Shown: piece by piece, positions 36,579-47,529 of the stretch
Layout of the letters: each line of letters starts with the position of its first letter
Numbering within the stretch: position 1 is the stretch's first letter
Made by a program: the position numbers and the translations under genes
NCBI GenBank assembly: GCA_008632985.1
Contig: QPGO01000310.1
Span: forward strand, 1-62,203
Direction of reading: 5' to 3'
Length of the DNA: 62,203 bases
DNA from: Psammoneis japonica
Taxonomy: Eukaryota
The notes under the pieces: model-generated
What the model saw: only the letters and a program-made list of their open reading frames with translations
What the model was told of the DNA's origin: nothing
The model's database searches: none

Positions 36579-39005
36579 ATGCATCGCTTTGGAAACAGCT
36601 CCAGGATAGCCGGAGGCGCTGGTCGTAGTTTTGGATTCTGGCTGTCGATAGTGATACTGCTCAGATGTTCCTTTTCATCATCAATCACTGATCTTTCCAA
36701 ATTATCATTTTCCGATGACTTAATCGAAGAGGGCTTCGACACAAGTCGAAGAACTCAGCTATCTCCTTGTGCTGAAGAGTTGTACGATTACTTTTTGTTT
36801 GTCGACCTTTTTGGCTCAACTGACCAAGTTACACAAGGGGAGCTTACAATCCTAGAACAAGACTTCCAAGACACTTACAATAACTTAACGTCAACGACAT
36901 GTGGCAACGATGATCTGAGAAACATTGACTCTGTTACCATTGAAACTGATGAAATTATACCTGGCCACACAGAGACATCGCGGAGATTTCTTAACTCACG
37001 GAGGAAAAAGACTAAAAGGTTTCGAATTCGAGTCCGTGGGCGTGCCCGAGGCTCAGGAAGACGCAAGGCGCTTTTCAATGATGGTCTTAGGAGGCACCTC
37101 CTACCGGATGAGCAAGAGCAGCATTCGGTGAGAAAGAAAACAGACACCAACACGAGAGCAGTACGAGACGATACCATGGTTCAACGGCGAGGTGGAGAAA
37201 AGAAAGAAGGGAAGGGAAACGGACGCAACCGTAATCTACAACGTAATCGTCGTAGGCGACGGCGAAATGGCCGTCGTAGACGTCGGGGTAATGGAAATGG
37301 TAGACAGCGCGGATGGGGAATTCAATTGAGCTGGGGAAATCCACCGCCGTCGCCTCCACCGCCTCCAGCCAGCAGTGGAACTACCCCGGAACCTCCACCG
37401 GATCCAGCTTCATGCGATTGTCCAGAACCGCCGCTGAGCGAATTCCTCGCATCGTTCAACGCTCTCATCGATTTGCGTCAGGAGAACGGTCTACTACCAA
37501 ACATCGATTCTGCTCAACTTATCGAAGAACTTGAGGAGTTTCAATGCCCCGCAAGCATTACAGAGTTCCAAGATGATACGTATGTGACAGTTCTTGCTGA
37601 TCCAGATGCTATAACGCCGGCTGAGTATGACGCACTTTTCGATGCTTTTATGGAAAAGTACAATCGACTGAACGCCCTAAGTAGCTCGCTTTGCGATCCT
37701 TTATTCCATGTGATCGATTCTGTCGAACTCAGCATTGTTCCTGATGCATTACCAGACGAAGTCCCCGACACCAGAAGGAGGCTCCGCAAGAAGAAGAAGC
37801 GAACACGTTTTCGTTTTCGGTCAAAGGGACGATGCCGTGGCTGTGGAAGTCGCTCAGCGCTGCTAAATGATGGCCTTCGGAGAAGAAGAGAACTTCATTC
37901 GAGATTCAAGAAAAGGCGTCTGCAAGCCGCAACATGCTACTGTCCAGCAAGTGTTGATCAACGCAAACCGACGGAAGGAGAATTCACGATAGCATACAGA
38001 GAAGAATTCGAGCTGCTTAAATTGGATGGCAACTTGACAAATGTTTTTGAACTGATAAGCGTTCGAAATACTCCAGAGCCCCCGTTTGCTGACCCACACA
38101 TTGAGGTGCTTTCACCAGGGGAAAGCTTCACCGTTACTGAAAATGTCTCTTCACCTGCTACGTGTGGCGCTGGAGAATTTGGCGCTGTGGATGTGTGTAT
38201 CATGCCTGACTTAACCGGCTCATTTGTAACCGACATTGACGCAATAGCAGCGGCCGGAGCTGCCATTTTTCAGGATATCTCAGCCATGAGCGCATCAGCA
38301 TATTTTGCGGTTGCTGGCTTCGCGGATTATACAGCGCCCTTTGCGTACCAGTTGTTCCAAACGATGAGTTCGCTGGAAGACGATTGGACAGATGCGCTGG
38401 ATAATCTTGTCGGAGCAACTGTCGATGGTGGAGATTGGCAGGAAGCTCAATATGATGCTATTGTCGGGGCGGCAAGAGGAATCAACTCTGAGCCCGATTG
38501 TGGTTGGTCCGACGATCGCACGGTGGTTCGGATCTTGGTGACATCCACTGACTCTGGCTTTCATGTCCCTGCCGACAATCCTGCACTTTATCAGAACGAT
38601 GCGGCGTCAACCCTACAAGCTCTAGAAGACGAAAGCATTCGTTTGGTAGGGCTCAAGGCCGCCGGGGCTCTTGGTGAATTAGATGCCTTGGCAGCTGGAA
38701 CGGACGGGACCATAAAAACATTTCGGGGATCAAGCGGCGTCGACGTTGTACCTTCTCTAGTGAAGGGCATCAACGACTTGCCTTGTTCAATTCTTCCGGT
38801 TGTGGTTGGATGTGAGGATTTGATTGTAACCTTTGATCCCCCAAGGGCGGTTGTGTCAACAGGGGGTTCCGCTTTGTTTACCGAGACTTTTCAGGTGCCA
38901 TCAACACGAGTTCCTCCTTATGAATACAATTGTGAGATCCAGTATTCGGCAAATGGAATAATCGTGGACGACCACCCTGTCACAATTACTGTCCCTCTTC
39001 CGTAG
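36579..39005 (+). CDS. Secreted 808-aa protein with two diatom RRL-containing modules and a C-terminal integrin-beta-like vWA domain
   Basis: N-terminal hydrophobic segment. Duplicated module (YN.L....C ... R.RG.....L.NDGLRR). MIDAS-like DLTGSF, plus GGDWQEAQYDAI and STDSGFH. Confidence 0.85.
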   Translation: MHRFGNSSRIAGGAGRSFGFWLSIVILLRCSFSSSITDLSKLSFSDDLIEEGFDTSRRTQLSPCAEELYDYFLFVDLFGSTDQVTQGELTILEQDFQDTYNNLTSTTCGNDDLRNIDSVTIETDEIIPGHTETSRRFLNSRRKKTKRFRIRVRGRARGSGRRKALFNDGLRRHLLPDEQEQHSVRKKTDTNTRAVRDDTMVQRRGGEKKEGKGNGRNRNLQRNRRRRRRNGRRRRRGNGNGRQRGWGIQLSWGNPPPSPPPPPASSGTTPEPPPDPASCDCPEPPLSEFLASFNALIDLRQENGLLPNIDSAQLIEELEEFQCPASITEFQDDTYVTVLADPDAITPAEYDALFDAFMEKYNRLNALSSSLCDPLFHVIDSVELSIVPDALPDEVPDTRRRLRKKKKRTRFRFRSKGRCRGCGSRSALLNDGLRRRRELHSRFKKRRLQAATCYCPASVDQRKPTEGEFTIAYREEFELLKLDGNLTNVFELISVRNTPEPPFADPHIEVLSPGESFTVTENVSSPATCGAGEFGAVDVCIMPDLTGSFVTDIDAIAAAGAAIFQDISAMSASAYFAVAGFADYTAPFAYQLFQTMSSLEDDWTDALDNLVGATVDGGDWQEAQYDAIVGAARGINSEPDCGWSDDRTVVRILVTSTDSGFHVPADNPALYQNDAASTLQALEDESIRLVGLKAAGALGELDALAAGTDGTIKTFRGSSGVDVVPSLVKGINDLPCSILPVVVGCEDLIVTFDPPRAVVSTGGSALFTETFQVPSTRVPPYEYNCEIQYSANGIIVDDHPVTITVPLP

Positions 39006-39282
39006 CTCACGAATGGAGCGAGGAAGAGGTCCACAGCGTGATCAAGGCCACAGCAAGCCGAGCCGTCATACGCTACACTATCTTCGACAAGCAGATGGAT
39101 AGGGAAATGTCCCGAGATCTAGTACATCAAGACGAAAGCTTTGCCTTCACAAGCTACTTCAAATGCGTGTACATCCTAGATTCGAAGCATAATGTCATAC
39201 TGTGTGCCATAACTATTAAAGTACACAATGGACCCATATCAGTACAGGTACAGGTGTAGCACACTCTAGATATTCGTCTCTT

Positions 39283-39888
39283 TCAATCTGTCTTGGAGTG
39301 AGGTTTCTTGTCATGACGCCTTGGATTAGACCGCGAGTACCGAGTAGTACGAGCTTGAATACATTCCTTGCCAGATCCTTCTCCACCACCCAGTGCAAGC
39401 TCAGTCTGACGCAAAAGTACGTGCATTTCCTTGCCACATTTTCCCAATGTATCTTGGAACGGGAACCAAAAGAAAAACAGATTGATGAAACAGGCAAAGG
39501 GAATAGCAAGCGGCAGGAATCCAGTGGATTCAGCCCTCAGTTTCGCAGTGTTATTTGATCGATCGAAATCAATTGTAATTTGATCCATCCACTTGGCCCC
39601 TTTTGTGAGAATGTTAATCACCACTCGAGTCGTTTCCTTGCCGTCTTCTATGACGACTAGACTTGATTTCGGATAATAACCCTCAATCTCTTCAGCGGCA
39701 TTCCATACTGCATCAATAGCAGCGTCCATAGTAACCCCGTTGGCAAAGGTCCATTGAGCATCTTCCGAATGCTGCGCTTTGCAGAACTTGAGCCAAGAAG
39801 CAGGTTTCCACTGAGATTGCAGGCTCATTTGCCACGAAATAAACACGCGGAATAAAGCATTTTTCAGTTTGGTCGAAATTACAGCCAT
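39283..39888 (-). CDS. Hypothetical protein (201 aa) with one hydrophobic segment
   Basis: ATG-started ORF with globular composition and a hydrophobic stretch GFLPLAIPFACFINLFFFWFPF. Confidence 0.7.
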   Translation of the reverse strand: MAVISTKLKNALFRVFISWQMSLQSQWKPASWLKFCKAQHSEDAQWTFANGVTMDAAIDAVWNAAEEIEGYYPKSSLVVIEDGKETTRVVINILTKGAKWMDQITIDFDRSNNTAKLRAESTGFLPLAIPFACFINLFFFWFPFQDTLGKCGKEMHVLLRQTELALGGGEGSGKECIQARTTRYSRSNPRRHDKKPHSKTD

Positions 39889-40313
39889 GTTCTAAGAGGT
39901 AAAGTGCGAGCAATACAATCGATAACAGATTTTGTCTGCGGCGGCGTTTTGTTTTCTTCTTCGTTAAAAGTCTTCGTTGTTCATTCGTATCGTCATGGGG
40001 GAGACGGGGTGACGACCGTCGCCAATCTCCAAATCGCCGATCGCAGGCACGACCGACAGCCAAACGCGACCATCGAACACGTCATTGATGTGGTGCGACG
40101 GTCAGGCGACTTTCTTGTTATCATGCATGCACGAAAGTCATAGATTCTTGTTTCATTTAAGCCCCAACAATGACCACCGCATTTTTCAATAAGTCTTCCA
40201 ACATTCTGGATGACCGCAACTTCATAATGACGATAATGACCGGATCAACAACAACCCTCTCACTTTTTTCTTTCAAAGATCGACACTTCTCCACGGAACG
40301 ACAAATCCTGATC

Positions 40314-42083
40314 ATGAGGCTGGCATCTTTGCTGTTGACGACTGCTTTTGGTCTTCTTGCACCAGAGGAATCTCGAGCAGCTAAAATTCTTAACGGTGCG
40401 GCAGAGGCGACATCCGAAGTCACCTTTGGAACTTGCCCAAAGGACACTCGCACGTGTCCTGATGAGAAGATTATTCGACGGGACTGGCGCAACAAGTGTC
40501 GGTTTCCAAAGTGCCCAGAAATCCTTTTTTGTCCACAGGATGATACAAAGACGTGTCCAGACGGCAGAGTCTTGGAACGAGATCCTAAAATGCAATGTAA
40601 TTTCCCCGCTTGCGAGCCCATGTGCTGCGATCCCAGTATAATGCCCCGGTCAAGGAAAGACGCTCAGTGCTGTGGAGCGACAGGAAAGTGGGTAGAGTCT
40701 AGGGTTGATGGTACATTTGAATGTAATGGAGTTACTTCAAAAGGGCCTGACTTTCCTTCACCATTTGGGAAGCCCTGTGAGGTCGAATGTAAGAACCTCC
40801 GGAGAAGGCAACAATGCCGAGAAAATGATGCGAATGGATGCCGATGGTTAGGGAGAAGACAATGTATTCACGAAAAGGATATCACGTGTGAGAATCTCCC
40901 TAGTAGGTTCATATGCAAGAAATCAAAAAAGTGTAAATGGATGAAGGACAAGTGCTTTCCTCGTTGTCCCGCGCCAGATTCTCCCATTTCATGCACCGAA
41001 GAGTACCAACCAGTCGTGTGCAATGGCTGTACATACGACAACATGTGCTATGCTCGAGCAGCACGTCAACGACTAAAGAAGTGTCAGCGCACCTGTAAAG
41101 GTAGCAGCGAGTGTAGCGAAAAGGAGGTTTGCCTTCGAGATTTCAAAACGTGTAGAGGCACCGACTGTGTTGGAACGTGCGTAAAGAAGACGGGAAATAC
41201 ATGCGATGGATTCATTGGTACTACATGTCCCATGGGAGAAAAATGCGTTGTTACGCCGTGTCCTCCAGGCGTAATGGATAGCTGTGGCGGGCATTGTGTT
41301 GACGACGGATGCCGCAAGCCTTCCCGCGGGAGCAATGAGAAGTGTGGCAATGATTTTAATCCCGTCACGTGTGGGGATGGCTGCCAGTACAAGAACCAGT
41401 GTCTTGCTAATCAAGCCGGCTATAGTGAGGATCAATGTAAGGGATTCTGTCCACTACCCAACCCAATGATTCTGTGTCCCGCAGTGCAACCAATGTATGT
41501 CTGCGGTGAAAGTCAGTGTGAATACAGTCGTTGCCACCTAGAATCTTCCGGTTTTAGTATGGATCAATGCAAGCCTGATTGCAAACATACTGCTTGTCCA
41601 GCCATCGCTTGCGCAAACCCAGTTTACGTTGAAGGTGAATGCTGTCCTACGTGCAAAGATATAAAGCCACGAGACTGCTCCATGATTCCTTGCCGATACG
41701 CAGTATGCGCCAACGGTGAAAAGCCCGAAGTTCCTGAAGGGGAATGTTGCCCAGTCTGCAAGAAAGACTGCAGTGATGAGTTTTGTCCCGTTCCAAAATG
41801 CACGCATGGATACAGACCGGAACGAAAGGAAGGAGAATGTTGCCCCGTGTGCGTACCAGATCCATGTCGAATTCCAGACTGTAAATCTAACTGTGCGACT
41901 CTGAAATGTGGACCCGGCGAAGAACCTTTCAAGCCCTACGGTCACTGCTGTGCAACCACATGTGTGAGAAGGGCAGTATGTCGAATGAGATGCCCTCAAA
42001 TCAGATGTTGGGACGACGAAGAATTGTTTCGTGAGGCTGGTGAGTGCTGCCCAAAATGCCGAAAACGTTGCTCAAAAATGTGA
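40314..42083 (+). CDS. Secreted Cys-rich modular protein (CPxDxxxCPDG modules, Kazal-like, VWC-like GECCPxC repeats), paralog A
   Basis: Signal peptide MRLASLLLTTAFGLL. Kazal-like CTEEYQPVVCNGCTYDNMC. Repeated EGECCP.C. Confidence 0.88.
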   Translation: MRLASLLLTTAFGLLAPEESRAAKILNGAAEATSEVTFGTCPKDTRTCPDEKIIRRDWRNKCRFPKCPEILFCPQDDTKTCPDGRVLERDPKMQCNFPACEPMCCDPSIMPRSRKDAQCCGATGKWVESRVDGTFECNGVTSKGPDFPSPFGKPCEVECKNLRRRQQCRENDANGCRWLGRRQCIHEKDITCENLPSRFICKKSKKCKWMKDKCFPRCPAPDSPISCTEEYQPVVCNGCTYDNMCYARAARQRLKKCQRTCKGSSECSEKEVCLRDFKTCRGTDCVGTCVKKTGNTCDGFIGTTCPMGEKCVVTPCPPGVMDSCGGHCVDDGCRKPSRGSNEKCGNDFNPVTCGDGCQYKNQCLANQAGYSEDQCKGFCPLPNPMILCPAVQPMYVCGESQCEYSRCHLESSGFSMDQCKPDCKHTACPAIACANPVYVEGECCPTCKDIKPRDCSMIPCRYAVCANGEKPEVPEGECCPVCKKDCSDEFCPVPKCTHGYRPERKEGECCPVCVPDPCRIPDCKSNCATLKCGPGEEPFKPYGHCCATTCVRRAVCRMRCPQIRCWDDEELFREAGECCPKCRKRCSKM

Positions 42084-43334
42084 TCCAGCTTGAGAAATGT
42101 CTTGTTGTGACTACTCTGTAATAAATAATCCGATTCCATGGTTACCTACCTAGTTGTAATCGACCACCTTCTATCTATTGGAGGAGCCATCCACACTGTA
42201 CACCGGACAAAGCAGTAGAATTGAATTCACATTAACACGACAAACTGTGGTTCAACAAACAACTTTTTCTTACTGCATTAATGACTGCCTTGACTTCGAG
42301 TCTCCAAGACGACGACGAGCGGCAACGTGGGTGCGGGTATTGGTTCAACGCCGGGAGAATAGCAACGTCTTGGCAAATCAAGTATAACCTCCACAATGCT
42401 GAGATTTACCTCAGTTTCTTCGTAGTCCTCTTCCTCGCATGCATGAATTGAAAAAACCTCGCCACAAGAAATCGAGCAAAGTGTTCGAACAACAACTGGT
42501 CTTCTACAAGCTCACAGTTCGGATCACAATCGTTTTTTTAATCATCACACATGTTATGGGAACAAATAATTTAGTTGAATCTCATAGATATCAGGGACTC
42601 AACAAAGCACCTTTAAGATATGAACAATTCGTACAGCCGTGCTCCGCATCGATTTGGTTGGTGACGGTATGTTCACAGAAAACACGTTCCATCTCGTTGC
42701 GGTTCCTCAAGTCCTTTAATTGCTCATTTCTTTCCTCATCTTGTCTACAATCGCTTCCTTTATTGCCTATAGGTGCTATCTAGCTCATTGAACAACGCCT
42801 CCTCAATGATTTCTCGACAGTCTGAGTTGATTAGGCCGTCGCGTCAGGATCAAGGCTACCGTACGGATGCACTTTGGATGAGTTGTTGTTCGGCTCAGAA
42901 TCACCTCTCACAAAAGCCGGGATAATTTCCCCATCATCTCAATCATATAAATCGATGAATGAATCTTCTTCTAGGCACATTTTGCTTGGTGGACCTTGGA
43001 TACTTCGCCTGAAGTTGTCGGCAGCAGAAACAACAAACAACAAGAGAAAACGTGTTGGCGACTGTAATTTCAAAAAACAGCCTTGTCGTTAAAAGTACGA
43101 CCTGGAATTGCCATACCATGACCTTTCAATGGTATCACAAGACAGCTTCATGATAGGGCCCTACTATTCCAACTCGGACTTCAATGTGGACGCGGTCGCA
43201 AACGATGCTTTCACCATGGTCCATGTTGCTAATTTTTGTCGCACAAAAAGCACGAGAAGCTCCAAAGCACGGACGACGGACGGGGATACAGTTAGTCGAT
43301 TTATTCGAGACGGCATCGAGCATGACATTGAAGA

Positions 43335-43476
43335 ATGGAATTTTTTTTTAACGTTTTGACATCAATGACCCAATGATAATAAACAACAGAATTTTTATTT
43401 ATTGTTTTAACATCAATGACCCCATCTTTTAGTATACAATCGAATTTTTATTCATTGCATTGTCATCAATGACCCC
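43335..43476. repeat. Three ~52-bp degenerate tandem units ending in catcaatgaccc, upstream of the Cys-rich gene
   Basis: gaattttt...catcaatgaccc with ATGACC at 43365, 43416 and 43469. Confidence 0.75.
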
Positions 43477-43762
43477 CGAGTAAATTTACAATGGCTTTGA
43501 TTATGGGCATGTCGCACCCCCCCAGAAACATAGAGAGGACATTTATTGTAATATACAATTACATACATAATAATAAATACATGTTGCTAATTGTTCCGAA
43601 TGACCGTGATTGAGAATAATTATAGAACGGGACTATAAATGTTTAAATATATGTATTCGGATCTATATGTCATTTATCGTTCCCGTTCAATCGTTTCTCT
43701 TTTTTGCAGAGAGCCGAAACACTCTTTTCTCTTTTCAAAAGTTTGAAACAAAGCCAGAGAAG

Positions 43763-46057
43763 ATGATTTTGCAACGCTGGTCCTTGAACGCTGCTTTGGT
43801 GCTGGCACTCTCATTACAGAGAGGAGTTGTCGCCCAGCCTGAGCTTGTGAGGCCTGGAAGGCCTGAGATTGCATGCACGGCCGATGTTAAGAAATGTGAC
43901 GATGGATCGTACGTATCCCGTAACCCGTTTAGAAACTGTGAGTTTCATGAATGTCCCCCCATAGTGGTGGTGGACTGTTCCCACGATGCAAAAATCTGCA
44001 AGAATGATGGTGGTTTCAAAGTGAAACGGAACCCCGACGACGATTGCAACTTTTACGATTGCGAACTCAAGTGCTGTGACCCGGACGATCCGAGAATTTT
44101 CTTTGAAGGACGAAGATGCTGCGGCGTTACCGGTGAATGGGTTGGTAGTTTCGGCGATGGAAAAACATTCACGTGCGCTGGTCACACGAGTAGTGGACCC
44201 GAGTACCCTCCTCCATTTGGACAGCCTTGCGAGAAGGATCCGGGCTGCCCAGAAGATGCACGACGCTGTCCCGATGGCACATTTATTGTTCGTGATCCAA
44301 AGAACAACTGCCAGTTCCCCAGGTGTCCTCCTACCGATTGCAAAACCATCAAAAGAAAGAAGCCTTGCACCATGGCCACCTCCAGTGGTTGTCAGTGGTT
44401 GTTTGGTACCAAGGAGTGTATCAACCAAGACGCCGATGTTGATTGCGAGAAGATACGTTTGAAGCCCGACTGCAGAAAGTTCTCGAAATGCAAGTACAAG
44501 AGAAATACTGGAAAGTGTCTTTCCAAGTGCAAAAAGCCCAAGGGAGAAAGGAGATGTACGAGAGAGTACAGACCCGTTAAATGTAAGGGTGGATGTGTGT
44601 ATCCAACCCTCTGTGTTGCGCAAGATGCCGGCCAAAATGCCAATTTGTGCAAGCGTGTATGTGGAGACAGCAGGGAATGTGTCACTGGGAAAGAGATTTG
44701 CCTCAACGAGAATCCCAACAGCAAGACTGGTGTTTGTGTCGCGAAGGACCCAAAGAATATCTGTGGCGGCATTGCTGGATTCCAATGCCCGATTGGAAAA
44801 CGATGTGTATCCGACTTTGGGTCCAAATGCGGAGCCGATTGTGCTGGAGCCTGTGTTCGATACGGATGCAAACGGCCCGTCAAGAACAACAAGTGTACAA
44901 ATGACTTCAATCCTGTACAGTGTGGACCTCAGTCTTGTACCTACAAGAATCCCTGTCTCGCTGCGGCGGCAGGCTTTGGCCCAAAAGACTGTACAGGATT
45001 TTGTCCAAGACCTAATCCAAGGGTACGTTGTGGCCCCGAATTCCTTGCGGGCTTTCAATGCGGCGACAACTCTTGTCGATACGGAAGTAAGTGCCTCGCA
45101 CGTTCTGCTGGCTTCAAACCAGATCAATGCAAAAAAGACTGCTCCACCATGAGATGCGCCAATGCACTTAAGTGCCCACCAGGTCAAGAACCGAGGCAAG
45201 CACCCGATGAATGCTGTCCACGATGCGTTGAAACGAAACCCGACTGCAGTGCAGTCACATGTCCCAAGCCGCAGTGCAAACCTGGTCAAGTCCTGACTAC
45301 TCCGTCGGGAGAGTGCTGTCCAGTTTGCCAAACAGACTGCAGTGCTGTCTCTTGCCTCAGGCCGAAATGTAATTCTCTCCAAGTCCTATTCACTCCACCA
45401 GGAGAGTGCTGCCCTATTTGCAAAACGAATTGTGCGAATGTGCTTTGTAAAGCTCCAGAATGTGAGAAGGCTCTTCAATTCACGCCCTCCGGAGAATGCT
45501 GCCCCAAATGCATGAAGATGGATTGCCGCTTGGTTCGTTGTGCGTTTCCTACGTGTCCCGACGGGCAGACACCCGTAACACCCGAAGGCGAATGCTGCCC
45601 TCAATGCCCCGATAAGTGCTCTGGCATCCAATGTGACATTCCAAAGTGCCCCTACGGACAAACCCCCGTCACAAAAGATGGCGATTGTTGTCCGTCATGC
45701 CCAACTCTCAAAGATGAAGTAAATCCTTTCAGTACCACGAAGGACAAATGCGCCGATGTCGAATGTCCTGTCTACGACTGTGCCATGGGTCATCATCCAG
45801 TCCCTGACCCCGATAACTGCTGCGACAAGTGTGTACCCGAAGGATGCGGCCCCGATTGCACCAATTCTCCGTGCGTTGAGCAAAGTTGCGACGACGGTAA
45901 AGTCTTCTTTACTCCCCTCAACTCATGCTGTGGCTCTTGCGTCGAAAAGCCGACGTGCAATATGCGTTGCGCCGCTCCCAAATGTAAGGACGACGAGGAA
46001 GAGATTACGCTGCCAACCTATTGCTGTCCGATCTGCAAGAAGAAGTGTCCACTTTAA
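43763..46057 (+). CDS. Secreted Cys-rich modular protein, paralog B, with more VWC-like repeats
   Basis: Signal peptide MILQRWSLNAALVLAL. CTADVKKCDDGSYVSR, Kazal-like CTREYRPVKC and tandem C..V.C..P.C...TP.GECCP.C repeats. Same module order as paralog A. Confidence 0.9.
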   Translation: MILQRWSLNAALVLALSLQRGVVAQPELVRPGRPEIACTADVKKCDDGSYVSRNPFRNCEFHECPPIVVVDCSHDAKICKNDGGFKVKRNPDDDCNFYDCELKCCDPDDPRIFFEGRRCCGVTGEWVGSFGDGKTFTCAGHTSSGPEYPPPFGQPCEKDPGCPEDARRCPDGTFIVRDPKNNCQFPRCPPTDCKTIKRKKPCTMATSSGCQWLFGTKECINQDADVDCEKIRLKPDCRKFSKCKYKRNTGKCLSKCKKPKGERRCTREYRPVKCKGGCVYPTLCVAQDAGQNANLCKRVCGDSRECVTGKEICLNENPNSKTGVCVAKDPKNICGGIAGFQCPIGKRCVSDFGSKCGADCAGACVRYGCKRPVKNNKCTNDFNPVQCGPQSCTYKNPCLAAAAGFGPKDCTGFCPRPNPRVRCGPEFLAGFQCGDNSCRYGSKCLARSAGFKPDQCKKDCSTMRCANALKCPPGQEPRQAPDECCPRCVETKPDCSAVTCPKPQCKPGQVLTTPSGECCPVCQTDCSAVSCLRPKCNSLQVLFTPPGECCPICKTNCANVLCKAPECEKALQFTPSGECCPKCMKMDCRLVRCAFPTCPDGQTPVTPEGECCPQCPDKCSGIQCDIPKCPYGQTPVTKDGDCCPSCPTLKDEVNPFSTTKDKCADVECPVYDCAMGHHPVPDPDNCCDKCVPEGCGPDCTNSPCVEQSCDDGKVFFTPLNSCCGSCVEKPTCNMRCAAPKCKDDEEEITLPTYCCPICKKKCPL

Positions 46058-46428
46058 AAAACTATCTCCTCAACTCAGCTCGCGGACGGTAGCAAAGCTA
46101 GGACTACGTAGATACGCTTGTACGGTAATAACTAACTGTAACCTAAAAATTAAACTGAATGGTACCGGTAACCTAACCATTGTAGATTCCAAGTCAGCAT
46201 TAGCTAATAGTCCCACCACTACTCTAGGAGCTTCTAGTACTGCCTGTGGAGGTTTCACCGCGACTACAGAAAAGAATTTCTTAGTTGCGCCATTGCGTCA
46301 ACATAGTCCATGTCGAATGAAGACGAATCCTCCTGTTCATTTTCACCTTCAATGTCAAGGACGCTAGTTTGCCTCTGGATAGGAAGATGAAAGATGAGTT
46401 GAGCAATGAGTCAAGAGACAAAAGCTTG

Positions 46429-47529
46429 TTACAAGGTAACAGCAACGCATTTCAATTCGTTCAAGTTTACCAATGGTTCGTATGCCTTGTACGGTCGATA
46501 TATATGATCATAGCGTTGGTATTCTTGTGGCAGAACCGCCAAGATATCTCGGAGAGAACGCTCAATGACATCCAAACAGAATCGGCATTCAAAGGGTTCC
46601 AGAACTCCAATCAGATTGTACAGCTCGGCAAGAGCTTCTTGCGCATCTGCCAATGCCCCGCAATGGCGCCATGCGCAGCTAACGACAAAAGAGAATAATG
46701 AAATAGAGTGAGCCCGCATGGCACGCAAGACTATATCCAGAATCTGCCCACTACTAGCTAGGACCTACTGTACTCACCTGCCCCACGCAAATCCGATTTC
46801 GGCACGTTCCTCTTGAGACAGTCTGGATGCAGAAGAACTTTGAAGGATAGAACAGCCTCGTTCTAAATCTATCGTCAAGGCCGGTTGGCGTATTATTGTC
46901 CGCATTTCCTCCCACTGATAGTCTTTTGCCAGATTCTTGAGTCTATCGATCGCATCCAAGGCCACGTATAGTGATTGAACCGCGTGATCTACATCGTGTT
47001 GTTGAAAATTATTCCTTTTCCAGTACGGCACTCGTTCTTGTCGATGGTATTTCATAACTTCATTGTACGATGGAACGCCCTTTAGCGTTGCCGAGTCTTC
47101 TAGTAATAAGCGGTCTTCTTTTCCGTAACCCATGCCATACAGCGATTGCGGTCTCAAAGGTCCCCAGGGTTTGATGCGAGACACATCAAAGTCTTGATAC
47201 GAACAAATCATTAGAGAACATAGAACGCACGCCACCAAATGTCTTGCCAGGCGTATGATATCATCAATCGAAACAAAAGAATTATCTGGCATTGTACTGC
47301 TTTCCACCTCTCCTTTTTCTGTTGTTGCCGCATTCATCACGACTTCTGAGAGATAAATAGGACATGATGTTGTTCTCGTTGATTGCGGATGCCGAAAGCG
47401 AAACGAGCATTTATTCTTTCCACACACGCGACCGCCATTCAAACAAAACCCAGCTTTGCAATATTTCAACCACCAAGACAGCGACAGCAAGAGAAGAATT
47501 GGGGCGGTGCGGTGCCGGCAAAACATCAT
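46429..47529 (-). CDS. Hypothetical protein with signal peptide, possibly plastid-targeted (2 exons)
   Basis: Exons 47529-46778 and 46678-46429. Intron 46777-46679 (GTGAGT...TTAG) gives EIGFAWG-SCAWRHCGALADAQEALAELYN in frame. A hydrophobic leader is followed by a Ser/Thr/Arg-rich stretch. Confidence 0.75.

Noticed and set aside
40170..40313. Upstream start of the 637-aa ORF (likewise 43610-43762 and 47937-48152)
   Set aside because: The extensions are promoter/UTR-like. For the two Cys-rich genes, signal peptides begin at the downstream ATGs (40314, 43763).
43814..45382. 522-aa minus-strand ORF
   Set aside because: Antisense shadow of the Cys-rich gene, with no recognisable motifs.
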